From: Lingula anatina
Taxonomy: Eukaryota; Animalia; Brachiopoda
Direction of reading: 5' to 3'
Length of the DNA: 64,000 nucleotides
NCBI GenBank assembly: GCA_051362555.1
Contig: CM120646.1
Span: 3,286,001-3,350,000, forward strand
The position numbers were made by a program, and so were the translations under genes. Numbering within the stretch: position 1 is the stretch's first letter; each line of letters begins with the position of its first letter. This document shows, in pieces, positions 36,169 through 48,574 of this stretch. Under the pieces are notes generated by a model that made no database searches, was not told where the DNA came from, and saw nothing but the letters and a program-made list of their open reading frames with translations.

Positions 36169-36603
36169 GCACCGAAGGGGATTTTGATAATTGGATGTGC
36201 ATATAAGGACCCATTTTCAGCGAAGCGACATGTACGTAGGTCGATCCAACTCCGCAATGACTCTCGCTGAATTCAATCAGATTAACACGCCCCATCTTGT
36301 TTTTAGCGTACGTACTCGTAAAATCACCAATTTACTCATCCCAAGAAAATTATGTACCAGGCCAAATATAATTAAGGTATATGAATTATTTTCAACAAAT
36401 AACAAGACGAAACCCAATAATCTGTACAAATTTATTAAAATAGCGAACAAGGTCTTCAGAATGACAAGCCTGTGTATGTTGCGTCATATGTTCTCCAAAC
36501 TTTAAGAATCACAGTAAATGACAATAAATTTAGCTGTAAACCAGCTTTTCTTTATTCTACTCAACGCCTGTGCTCACGATTTCCCACTTCAGTTATCCCT
36601 GAA

Positions 36604-36903
36604 CAGTGGCGGATCCAGGATTAATTGAAGGGGGGGGGGGGGGGGGCGGATGCGAAGCCGACCCCCACCCCCACCCTCCCCACCACACTCACACACTCAC
36701 ACACACACACACACACTTGGCGTGGGTTCGGGGCCCGCTGAAGGGCCCCGAAAAATATTGGTATTTTATTGGGCGAACGGTGCCATTTGGTTCGGTTTAG
36801 AACTATGATTCAGCTAGTCAAAATTCTAATTTCAAGAGGGCACCAGAAATCGAATGGGGGTCAGGACCCCCCTGACCCCCCCCCCCTTCTAAATCTGCCA
36901 CTG
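36604..36903. mobile_element. hAT-like MITE
   Basis: Ends CAGTGGCGGATCCAG ... CTAAATCTGCCACTG with internal poly-G/poly-C tracts; no clean target-site duplication seen. Confidence 0.65.
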
Positions 36904-37625
36904 CTTGAAGAGCAAAGCAACGAAGCATGGCAATTTCGTTTCCATATATAAAATCCTTTCTTCTCGTATCTTCGCCTGGTACATGAATCATACTTCATGT
37001 TGCGTGATAGATGATAGATATTTTAGCAAGATAGAAGATGAAATTTAAAGAAAGATAAAGGTAATTTAAGCGGGCGATTACATTAAAATGACTTGCAATT
37101 TTTTCGATCCGTTCAAATTGTGTGTGTGCAAATTCTTAAACAGATGGAAAAAATGTGACTGAAGATAAAGCCCTAATGAGCTTATTGAAGGTGACACGTT
37201 CAACTACTAGTATTTGTAAACACGCTACCCTATCATTAGGTGTAAATTATTAATTGAACTCGTTGAATAAACTAAATTAATGTGATTGTCTGCAAACACC
37301 ACTTTGGTGTTAATTAATTTTGCACAAACCACAGTCGGCAAACATTTTTGAGTGGCATAATTAGATTAAAAACGTCCGTTCCTTAAGCACATTTGAAGTA
37401 CCGGGATACCCAAGCATGGCAACCTACGACGACATACCATTTTGGAATGCGCTTTTTTTTTTTTAAATAAGGACGTAACGCTGAACTCGTACCTGCGTAT
37501 GAAGTCCTCGGTCTCTTTCACAGACTTCGAATGATTTTTCCCTAGTCTTGCAACCGTTCACATCAATTTCCTATCTGACGCAAAGAAAATTGCAAAAAAA
37601 AAAAAATATATATATATATATAGGC

Positions 37626-37658
<33 letters not shown>

Positions 37659-39668
37659 TTGTGTTTGATATCGCTTAAGAGAGCAGAAAAGAATAATAAG
37701 TGGCTTTGGCTAAATTCTACTTTGCATTAGGTGCTTATTCCCGATTTCAGTAGCTCAATTGACTGGGTTTTGCATAATCACGCGTTTTAACATTTCTTTT
37801 TTTCTGTCATATTTGCCTATCTTTCTTTTTTAGACCTATTTTTGCCAACCAGATCAATCCCAAAAATTTATGATAGGTAAACGAGGAATCCAAAGTCTAA
37901 GCTTTCCAGAACCGAATCATCATTTTCCCTGATTGACAGCCCAAGTTCCCTCATTCAGTTCTTTAAAAAAATATCGAAAATGTTCAAATGTTTCGATGTA
38001 GCCACCTGACCGGTGTGGCAAAATGCTGTTGTCATCGCGCTACTCATATTAACAGATGATGACAAGATTTCTTTTCTCAATTTATAACGTCTTTTTATGA
38101 ATAATAGATACGCAGTGAAATTGAACAGAATACATGGGCAGTTAACTACAGTGCAGGTGCACCAGATTAGAAAATTGTCAGGTGATTTTGTCCGTCCCTG
38201 GTTTACTGTCTGATTCATCTGTCAGTAACTAGAAACACTACAATTTACCAGATATCATAACTTAATGGGGCGGGAGAGACTTGAACCTTGACACCAAAGA
38301 CGTCATTTCGGTGGAGTGGGCGGGCCGGGGATCACGTGACAAAATTCAGAAAGAGCTCAAAGTTTGGAGTTTAATCTATCATCGTAAAAATAAAATCAGG
38401 AACGGTTTTGGGTCTATTTTAAAGAAGATAATTCGTCTACTCATTTCTCAATACAATTTGCTCAAAGTGTACCTGGGTCCATTTGATCCAATTGGACCAA
38501 ATGTAGCATTCAGAAATTGAATTTTTTCGTGTATTCTTTGAACCTGTAGTATCACTAAAAAGCTTTTTTGCTTTTCCCTCTGTCACGGACCATATATTTT
38601 ACTTTTTCTCTCAAAGACAAATCTTTATAGCTCTTTAAGTCATCACAACTATATATCTAATAGTATAAAGAGTGCAAACAAGTAGGCCGAGGCATTTTAT
38701 CTGCCTTGAGCGCCTTTGCATACCTTTAAACTGGGTAACAACGGCATTATAATGGGAATTGCAAGCAATGTTAAGAGCAACGGGGAATGTAAGAGAAACG
38801 TATCGTAAAATCCAATTAAGAAAACTTATTTTCAAAACAACTCATTAATACAGTTAAAGCTTGTGATAAATTAGCAGAGATTTTTTATCAGCAGATCCCT
38901 TGGTCATACACTGTACACACTAATGGCATAAAGTACATTATTATATATATTAGTAAGTTGGATATAAAGTGTTACTTTTTCACCGGTCTTTCAAAAGACA
39001 GGTTCTTAGAATACTTAATGGTAAAGAAATAATGAGCCTTTAGTACGCTTGTCCAAGGTATGTACAGTCACTTTTTTCGTCATAGGAAGGGGTTGTAACG
39101 TATATACGTATGTAGTCAACTACTCCCATTTTACAAGAATTAATTTTTTTCAAATAAACGTGACTCTCGGGAACCAGGACCGTAAGCCGTGTGGTGGGGT
39201 GGGGCAACTGTCCCCCCCATCCATCCCATCCCCGAAATTTTTAAAAAAAGTTTTTTTTTTAATCTTTATTCAGTGTTACTATTCTCTTTTCTCTCTATCC
39301 ATCAGAAGCCTCTAAATTTTCCTTCAATCAGCGACTAAATGAATGCCACAAGAGATACAAATCACCCGTTTGTCCGCATATTGCAGCTCTTCAACAGGTG
39401 CCTCCCCCCCCCCCCCCCCCCCCCCCACCTCATGCATACAGATTTTGCGCTTTGGTCCCTGGAAATGAGTCCTACCCTCTCCCTAGCAGCCCGAGACGCA
39501 GGTATTCAACCGCGCAGGCATGCCCATAAAGTGTGATTGCTTCTAATTAATGAGCAGCACGCTTTAATGATTCAACAATCCACTCAAACTCTACATCGTT
39601 TTGTTGTCACGTCTCGATTTTGATCGAGAAGTCATTTGGAGTACTTTTTTCTGAAACGGTCGGGCGGC

Positions 39669-39676
39669 TATATAAA
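39669..39676 (+). promoter_or_regulatory. TATA box of the hemerythrin gene
   Basis: TATATAAA ~30 bp upstream of an Inr-like TCATTT (~39700) and ~88 bp upstream of the ATG. Confidence 0.7.
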
Positions 39677-39756
39677 GAAAGGAGGCTTACTTGTCGGCTT
39701 CATTTCGTTTCGCCGGTTTCTAAGCGTTCAGATCGCCAGTAAATTTCCTGTTCGTC

Positions 39757-41411
39757 ATGGGGTTTGAAATTCCAGAACCTTTTTGCTGGGACGAGAGTTT
39801 TCGAGTTTTTGTGAGTATAAGGGTCTGGTATTGTTAGAATGTCCGACTTGAACATTCCCTTTGAATCTCAACAGTTTATAATTAAGCACGTTATAGTATA
39901 TAAGCAAGTTAGAGTATAGTATAAGTATAGTGACAGAATATACTGTATGAGATTTAAACTTCGTTGGTGCGGAAAAAAAGAGTAATGAAAATAAATAAAA
40001 ATATCAAAACGGTTTAAAATTGCATGTGTCGAAAATGATAAATTCACATTTGTTGCTTGCAGAAGTAACATTGATAAAAAATTGTTCCCAATTAAATGGG
40101 CCCCACAATGCCAGGTTATTAAAAAGGGTTTTTCTTCTCCTGCCCGTCTCGACTATTGCACTGCACTTTCTGGATGTTTTCAGTATGAAAACTTGGACGA
40201 GGAACACAAGGGGATATTCAAGGGAATATTTGACTGCGCCGGAGACAGAGGAAACAGCGACAAGCTGAACGCCCTGGTGAAAGTTACAGCAAATCATTTC
40301 GACGATGAAGAGGTGCGTTTGTCAGACACATACTTCGTAATGAACTTATTGCCTCTATCGTTTCTTTTTCTTCTTTTTCTTCTATTTCTTCTGTCTACTT
40401 TTCATTTTTCCTTGTCTTGTCTTGTTGCTGTTGTTTCTTTTGTTTCTCATCTATCCGTCTGTTTGCCTAATTGATAAAGTCATGTTTTCAGTCAAGTTGG
40501 GTTCAACTGGACCTTGTCCTGCTTCAGAAAAGTTCTTGGGCTAAGCTTAGGGAGCATACGGATAAACCCATCTCAGAAGCTGGATCGGTCTAATTCAACG
40601 GGAGATTCTCTCTTGGTGCAATCAGCTTAAATGTATGACGCGCCTTCTCAGGCAACTAGTGGGCTATTAACTATTGTGTGCTGATTGCACTTTAGCGAGT
40701 TGGACAGACCCAGCTAGTGCGATATATGAATCTGAATGCGCCCTTAGACTGCTAAAATTGTATAGCCGTCTAAGCAAAGCCAACTTTGCGATATTGGTCT
40801 GTAGTATTAGACATACGTAAAAAGACTGCTTTTGCCGTTAAAATTAAAAAAAAAACTTCACCAAAACGATACAATTAGTCAAAAACGAGCTAAACCACTC
40901 TTGGAAGACGAGAGGCGTTCTATTGGCCCGACTGAAAACACGAGGCTAAACAAACAACTTGAAATGTTTTGTATATGTTACCGAGTAACCAGCTTTCTAT
41001 TTCCGCAGGGAATGATGTCTAAGGCCAACTGGGAGGACTTTCCCCAACACAAAAAGTGTCACGACGAATTCCTGGCCAAACTGAAGTCTCTTTCCTGTCC
41101 CTTGGACGATGCAACCATCAACTTTGCCAAAGATTGGTAAGTGTTGTGAAATGATGATCAAAGAGGTTAACAACACATTATAATATCTATGGATAACTGT
41201 CTTGACCTATCTTTAAGTTTAGATCTTATTTCTTTGTTAATTTTTGGAACAGCTTGCCTCATTTATCGCCTTGTTTATTTATCGCATCGTTTATTTTTTG
41301 CACACATCTGAAAGCATGTATAAAATTAATTTTCAAAGCATATTTTTGTTTTGTTTCAGGCTTGTTAACCACATAAAGGGGGTTGACTTCAAGTATAAAG
41401 GCAAGCTGTAG
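39757..41411 (+). CDS. Myohemerythrin-type hemerythrin (non-heme di-iron O2/metal-binding protein), 120 aa, 4 exons
   Basis: Exons 39757-39810, 40184-40312, 41009-41136, 41360-41411 give [120 protein letters not shown]; all iron ligands (H, HxxxE, HxxxH, HxxxxD) present; AATAAA at 41731. Confidence 0.98.
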
Positions 41412-42129
41412 GAATCCAATATGGAAGACTCCAGAGCATCTTGTGCTACGCGACTGCTTCGATTGCTTACGTAAACTGGCGAAAGACGCTTAGAACATTC
41501 CCAAAGTCTGTTGATTAAATTTGTAATTTAGACATGTGCATGAACGCCTGTTAGTGTATGGTCTGTAACAATCAGTGCCAACTTTGATTTTGTGCCCACT
41601 TTATTGAGGCAATATATTGATAGATTTGCATGAGCAAAACAATAAGTTACATGTAATAATCTGAACTTTATATTCAAGCAATAGCGATTTATGGCAGTGA
41701 TCAATGATTATAAAAATTATAACCTGATTCAATAAAATTGTAACATTATAACTGATCGCCTTCATTAATTTACCTATCTGTGACATCCCAGACCGCATTC
41801 ACATAAAAGACTCATTATTTTTTTACCTTAAAATACTGTCTTTTAAAAAGCCATCGGTCTACGTGAATCGACCCAGCTCTGATTGCACTTAGTGAGAATC
41901 TCCGCAAAGTTGGGTCGGTGTCTTTAGGCCGAGAGCGTCTATGGAATAGGGTCTAAAACCACAGAGATAATTGATAGAATGCATTCAGAACAGATCAAAT
42001 ATGGCGACCCACTTAAAAGTGATCCAAAGAACTGTTAGTCCCCTGTTCTGAATGGAGCCACAGACAGGTTAATAAAATCTTCCCAGTATGGTAATTTTAG
42101 CCATATGCGTGTTCTCTAATCATTAAAAA

Positions 42130-44991
42130 TCAGGCTCTGCCGGGAAAAGTGAGTGTCTCTCTGCCATTCATCGCGCCTGTTGTCGTGTCTATGTTTATAA
42201 TGCCGTGTGATTGTCCTTGGCCGAACTTGGTATGCACTAACATATTGTTAAACAAGTACACGCGCCCGTCGACAAATACGGACGGCATCACGTGTCTGTA
42301 CGGGAATAATAGTGTTGCACCCCGTGGGTTCTCTAGGTGTGTCTGAAATGATAATATCAACAACCAATTGTTTCTATGAAACAATGTTATTAGCATACAG
42401 AGGTTTATCTTCAAATCAACATTTCATGATTTCCTCTTGTAATATATAGGTTTTACGAATAATCGGAGCAAAATATTCGTTTTTATTTCTTTCTTTTCTA
42501 AAATGCTATGTTTACTGTCTTTTATTTTTATATTTGAATACGATACCAATGAATGCTGTTTGTGCAGGAGCATGAAAGACGAAATCTAGAATGTGCAGTG
42601 GTTGAGACGGTGACTTCCCAACTACCACACTGCAGTATTTTGTAATAGTAATGTAATGTGGGACACATTGCCCCTCACAACACAATGATTCAGTCCAAAC
42701 AATATTCCATGTAAACAAAATCTGTTAAAATTATTACAAATAAAGATTTGATATACATGTATTTACAATATGTTAAAATTTTAATGAATCACATTTTCTC
42801 CTTTAAATTAAGAGTTGACATTTTAAATTGAATATTTTTCCAAAATGTTAAGCCGCTTTTTGCCCAATTTTTGGAAGCATTAGATGATGTTTAGGGGAAA
42901 ATATTCTTTTCACAGTCATACTAAGACCATTCCAGAGAGTCCTGTCTAAGATATCCCCACAAATAACATTATGTTACGGGCGAGGTAATCAATAGATCAC
43001 GACTGACTCACCTGAGTCATTCCTCTAGTCACATCCCTTATGCACCATATTTATTGAGATCGAAAAACATATATTACCTTGACATACATTTTAAATATAA
43101 ATATTTCTTAAAAACCTCAATGCTGTAGGCCTATTCCAGATTTGAAATTTAAACATTTACAGGGTGGCCATAAAAATCGAGCTATTTTAAATTTGAGACG
43201 GAAAGTAAAATAGGTCGATTTTTATGAACCATCCTGCACAAGTACAACTTCGTCCATAATGCACACAGTCACAATGTCAACATTAAAAATAAATAACAAT
43301 AATTTTACTGTAAAGATCTTACCCACCTGGACCATGTATTCCCCATAGAAAAGTGTTTTAGTTCGGTCAAGCGTTCCAGAAAACCCAGTCCCGGCAACAT
43401 GGACGGTGTCAGTCACCTCTATCACCCAGCCGGCGTCCGAGACGGGCACGTTGCGGTACGAAAAAGAACCACGTGGTCCCGACTCTAAAAAATGGAACAA
43501 AGGACCCAATGTTAATAGTTTGGGAAATTTAGGTGTTTGTACTGATAATTCGTTTTAAATGAAAAGATGTGAAGTGCCTCGACTATTGTTGTTCGGAATC
43601 TAGGCCTACAGTGTTGTGACTGCCGAGCCGTGTCCGTAATACACACAGCCTAAAAAAACTAGCTTAGAATTTTGAATTTATAATTCAGAACAAGTAGTCA
43701 TCAAATACAGCCTAAGAAAACGTAGGTCTTCCATACACACACACACACGCACACACATCAAAAAAGAAATAATATTGATTTTACAATTTGTTACGATTAC
43801 CCTTATTGTCAGGGCGCTGACGCCGATTATCCTCCAGTCACCTTGTGCCTTACGGCGCGCAGAGTTTTAGGGTGCTTGCTGAGTTTCCTTTCTTCCAGGA
43901 AACGGTCTCAACCAGCTTTTTCTAATGACACGGCATGCTGGTGATGGAATTCATACATTTCAACAGACTCTGACAATGACAAGAAATTCAAAAGATTCTG
44001 CCTACCTAAAATGAGCCTGTACTTCGTTATGGGGTTGATGTGGAAGGGGTGAAAGAACATCTTTCCGCCCGCTATTGAAACATTTCCATCGATTATATCA
44101 GAGTCCGTTACGCTGGACACATCTATTCCAAAGTAGTCACTGAAATACTGTACTGCGCCTCGGCCAAAGTCTATCACACTCTGATTGCTGAAAAACAATG
44201 TGAAAACAGAATACAGAGTTACCTGTGCAGTTGTCTTTCGAAACTCTGAGGGTTCATTGGTCCGAAGGGTAATTGATCTGAATCCAATTTATGTATTATA
44301 TATTGTGTATATACAGCAAGATGCCACTAGACCACAGTACAACAATAATCGCTGCGGGGAATCTGTTCCGTGTCTATTAGGGGATCACGCGGCAAACTTT
44401 CAAATTCACGGACTAGTAACACGTAGTCCGTGGATCAGCTGGTTGTGAATGCTTTCGTGTTTCGAGTGACTTTGCCAACATGCAGCTCTCTAGGGCCCCA
44501 TTCATAATAGGGGACTAACTAGTCCGAGGCTCAAATATGGCGACCAACTACAAAGTTTGCCGTCTAAACCGCTAATAAACACTGAATAGAGATCCCATGG
44601 GGAAGTGTTCAAGTGAGTCGGCCATATTTTACCCTCGGACTAGTTAGTCCCCTATTCTAAATGGGGCCTATCAGAAATAAAGTTAGACAAGAAATACTCA
44701 CTCTTTTCTCCCTGCACAACGATGATGCTGGAGAAACCTGCTGGCGTTCCTTTCTATCGATGTCCATATTCCGTCCATAGCGAATAAGAAGATGCGTCGG
44801 TACACCCCGGGGTCAGGGAGCCGGACATTACACTGACCACTGCGTCTGGCACCGCTAAGATGGCGTGTGAGGAACCAGGGCGCTTGGTGAGTGGAATATC
44901 CCCTGTGGCCGTCCACGTGTAACGGGCACGTGAGGGTGCAGAGAAATATTACAACGAAAGTATTCAAAAAGTTTTTGTCCTTAAATCTCAT
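42130..44991 (-). CDS. Uncharacterised secreted protein, copy A (280 aa, 4 coding exons)
   Basis: Exons 44991-44702, 44187-44006, 43484-43327, 42342-42130; intron phases 2,1,0 are consistent; N-terminal signal-like MRFKDKNFLNTFVVIFLCTLTCPLHVDG; frame and splice sites conserved in copy B. Confidence 0.88.
44494..44668. mobile_element. PIF/Harbinger-like MITE in intron 1 of copy A (absent from copy B)
   Basis: TIR GGCCCCATTCATAATAGGGGACTAACTAGTCCGAGG / CCTCGGACTAGTTAGTCCCCTATTCTAAATGGGGCC. Confidence 0.8.
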
Positions 44992-45508
44992 CGTGGTTAC
45001 GTTATAATATATGATCGTGATTGACTGCAAAATATAGGGATGGTGTTTCTGGTTTCTGGAAGAGATGAAATCAGTGAAATGCAGGTATCTTCATGGAAAT
45101 GTTTACTGTATTGGGATGACCTGAATTTGAAATATGCATGAGATTGAACTTATTAAATAAATGTTTGAACTCTCAAAATATTACTTACGTAGGCCATGCA
45201 TGTTAACTTATATATTTTAAATCAAAATAAAAAGATCAGTGTGCCGAATTCTGGAGCCACAATTGAACATTGGCCTGTTACTATACATGGACTAAAATAA
45301 TGTCCTGTAAGCTAACGTTTTAAAGACCACTTTTTGTCTTCGCCTGAGTCCAAGTACATAAGTGTGTGCATCCTTGCATCTAAACTGTGCCAGCCTATAT
45401 GTGGTGACGGGGAGGGTGAGACGTCAAATCGCATTGATAGGGTCAGACACGAAATTTTTCACAGTAAAATGAGGGCCTTAAGTATATACTGCAAGAAGGT
45501 ATTTGAAA

Positions 45509-45559
<51 letters not shown>

Positions 45560-45573
45560 AGTTCGTTTTGGCC

Positions 45574-45606
<33 letters not shown>

Positions 45607-47364
45607 TTTCCTGGAGTAAACAACAATTCTCCCATACTTACCAATGGTTAATGAATCCATTTTTACATTCCAAGTTAATCCCTGGTTTTTTTTTCTACAA
45701 AGTTTTTTTTTTTTTTTTTTTTGTTAAAATCTATTAAGAGATTATAACAGACTAAAGCCATCTATGAAGGTCACGTGGTCTGAAGCTCAGAAATCAGAAT
45801 AATAAAAATGTTTTTGTCGTAAAACAGAATATATTACATTTTTTATGAGTTATTCACAATGTTTTTATTGTGAAATATAGACCTCATAGAAAGAGTTATT
45901 ATCCCATTAAATTGCAATACTTTTCAGTGCGTGGTTTCAAATATCGATTTTTAAAAGACTAATGAATTAAATTTTTAATTAGGTAAATCTAAATTGTGCA
46001 ACTAAATTGTAGATGCTAAATGATAAAAAATAATTTATTCGAACTCAAATAAATCGCCTCCTTCTTCTTTAATACCAATCTATTTTTCTGTCCTGTGCAA
46101 GGAACTTCTGTTTGTAGTTTACTGATAAAGTTGATTCCATTTAGCTTAATTAAGTCTATCACTCTTCAATGAACGCGTGGATAAAAAGGACAAAATTGAT
46201 TTGAAAATGAACCACCTACCTGAACATCACATACACTGTACACTCTCGGAAACCTGAAGAATATATGGACTGCCAAAGACTGTGTTACTAGATGTTATAA
46301 CGTTAAATATGCCAAACATGGTCACAGATGAATTTTTTAACGGACATCTGTTACATCTTGGTGTCTCTGTTAGAGGGTGTGTTCCCCTTTCGTTGTTTAT
46401 CCAGCCTTTGGGCCTCCCCAGAAGAAGAGGAACAAAGGAACAGTATTAGGTATGCGACCGTCTATATCCACAATCTGACAAATGTGAATAAAAGAAACAT
46501 GCCGGTACACGGGTACATTTAAATTTTGCATCTCGGCTTGGGTTTTTTCCTGCTAAGGCAACTTTCACGGCGGTGGCTGTAACGTAGGATAATAATAATA
46601 ATACCCTCTACCAGGGTCACAGACTGATTTTTTACTTAAAATTCACAGATATGTATCTGGCTAATTCTTTACATCTTTCTCAACTGTGTAGCGGGAATTT
46701 TTTTCATAAAATTAATGTCACCACTCAGCTGGCTGGGAAAAGAGTACGATGATACATATTACATAATTTACATAACATATGGCGCTGCTTATGTGGCAAG
46801 CTTACCAAGGATTTGAGGTCATTTCAAGATTGTGTAGATCCACATAGACCAGGAATAAGGGCACCTTTACCTTTAAGTAAAATTGTGAATTGATTTGACT
46901 TTTGTTATATACGGATCGACACAGAAACATTGCTATCACAGTGGTTTATAGAGGCCATCATTGGTTTTATGTTTTTTTTTCAATGAGACGATCAATATTT
47001 GTGTGGAGAATGAAAAGTGGAAGTGGGTGACATCATATTAAGTTGCATTTGAAAATATACAACATTTTTCAGATACCAGTACATAGTGACAATAACTATT
47101 TGTAGCAGAGAGATCTAATTGTTATTTCATTCATTTAGAAAACATAGCTAGTTGCAATCCCCTAATGTTGTAGCTAACATATGATGTTTTCTCATATATA
47201 ACGACATTAGTGGAGCTTGCATTGATACCCAAGTATAATTTTAAAGTAATAAGTCCAAATTAAGGAATATATACCATTGGCAAAGTCTTGACAAACACAT
47301 CTTTTGTGCTGCGCATCAGTTATACCAAGGAGTTATAACAGACAGCAATAACGTTGTTAACAGG

Positions 47365-47436
47365 AGCAGAGTGGCGCAGTGGAATCGTGCGGGGCCCATG
47401 ACCCCGAGGTCCTAGGATCGAAACCTAGCTCTGCTA
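47365..47436 (+). tRNA. Initiator tRNA-Met (CAT), variant or incipient pseudogene
   Basis: 72 nt; differs from the 48443 copy by G>T in the D-stem 3' strand (GGAATCGT) and A37>G (CATGAC). Confidence 0.75.
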
Positions 47437-47551
47437 CTAAGAAGGTTTCCTCGTTTAAAACTTATTGTTAAAAACTTTTGAAAATAATGTCACACCGATT
47501 TTCTTTTATTTCAAATCAAACGTAGGAAAGCTATAGCGTTAAATAGTGTAA

Positions 47552-47807
47552 GGCTGCGTTCACATGAAAAATCTATTTTCTAAAAATCTAAAATTCTATT
47601 TGTGGTATCTTGTGATCACGGTCTATGCCCTGAATACCCCACGGCATAATTACGGGCAGCGCGAGCCAGTTACATCCAAAGCTGTAATTAATTCTCGGCG
47701 CTGCCAGTAATTACGCCGCGGGGTATTCAGGGTACAGACCGTGATCACAAGATACCGCAAATAGATTTTTAGATTTTAGAAAATAGATTTTTCATGTGAA
47801 CGGAGCC
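47552..47807. mobile_element. PIF/Harbinger-type foldback MITE (family of 32379-32635)
   Basis: Palindromic GGCTGCGTTCACATGAAAAATCTATTTTCTAAAA ... TTTTAGAAAATAGATTTTTCATGTGAACGGAGCC; TAA/TTA flanks. Confidence 0.88.
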
Positions 47808-48442
47808 TTATACTTACTGCTGACAAAGTGAGCTACGATGTAGTTTAACGTCTTCAAACCAGACCAAATCAGGATTATAAAGATTCAGAAAGACCAGGAA
47901 TAGGGACATCAGGACATAAGTTAGTAAAACTTTACCTTTACCTTTACATCAGATTGTGAATCGACTTGATTTTTGTCATATACGGGTTGACATCGATATT
48001 TTGGTTTCACAGGGTTTTACAGAGGTCGTCATTGATATTTATTTAATTAATCAATCAGAAGATTGATATTAATGTGAAGAAATGAGTCGTGGAAGTGGGA
48101 CAAATCAAATCATGTTAAGTCCCATGTAGATCCTGGAATATAAACATCATTTCTCGGATATAGGAGTACATTTCAACAATAACTATTGTCAGAAAGATTT
48201 GAATCTTATTTTAATAATTTATAATTCTTAGCTAATTTCAAACCCCTTACGTTGTGTCTAGCATATAATGTTTCCTTATATACTACGGCATTAAAGAAGT
48301 TTGTGCTGTTAACCAAGTATAATTCTAAAGTAAGAAGTCCAATTTATGGAATGAATACATGTGTATCTTTGGCAAAGTCGTCACAAACACATCTTTTGTG
48401 CTGCGCGACCCTTTTGCCAATAGCGATATAGCTTTCACAGGC

Positions 48443-48514
48443 AGCAGAGTGGCGCAGTGGAAGCGTGCGGGGCCCATAACCCCGAGGTCCTAGGATCGAA
48501 ACCTAGCTCTGCTA
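48443..48514 (+). tRNA. tRNA-iMet-CAT: Initiator tRNA-Met (CAT), intact
   Basis: AGCAGAGTGGCGCAGTGGAAGCGTGCGGGGCCCATAACCCCGAGGTCCTAGGATCGAAACCTAGCTCTGCTA: A1-U72 pair, consecutive G-C pairs in the anticodon stem, ATCGAAA T-loop (A54/A60) diagnostic of eukaryotic initiator tRNA; TTTT terminator at 48523. Confidence 0.96.
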
Positions 48515-48534
48515 ATAGTCCCTTTTAAATCACA

Positions 48535-48569
<35 letters not shown>

Positions 48570-48574
48570 AAAAA

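Noticed and set aside
38150-39620. HRE/E-box/MRE-like motifs upstream of hemerythrin
   Set aside because: Isolated 5-6 bp matches are expected by chance and are not clustered.
45334-45660. Poly-Lys / poly-Phe ORFs
   Set aside because: Translations of homopolymer A tracts in a dispersed repeat.
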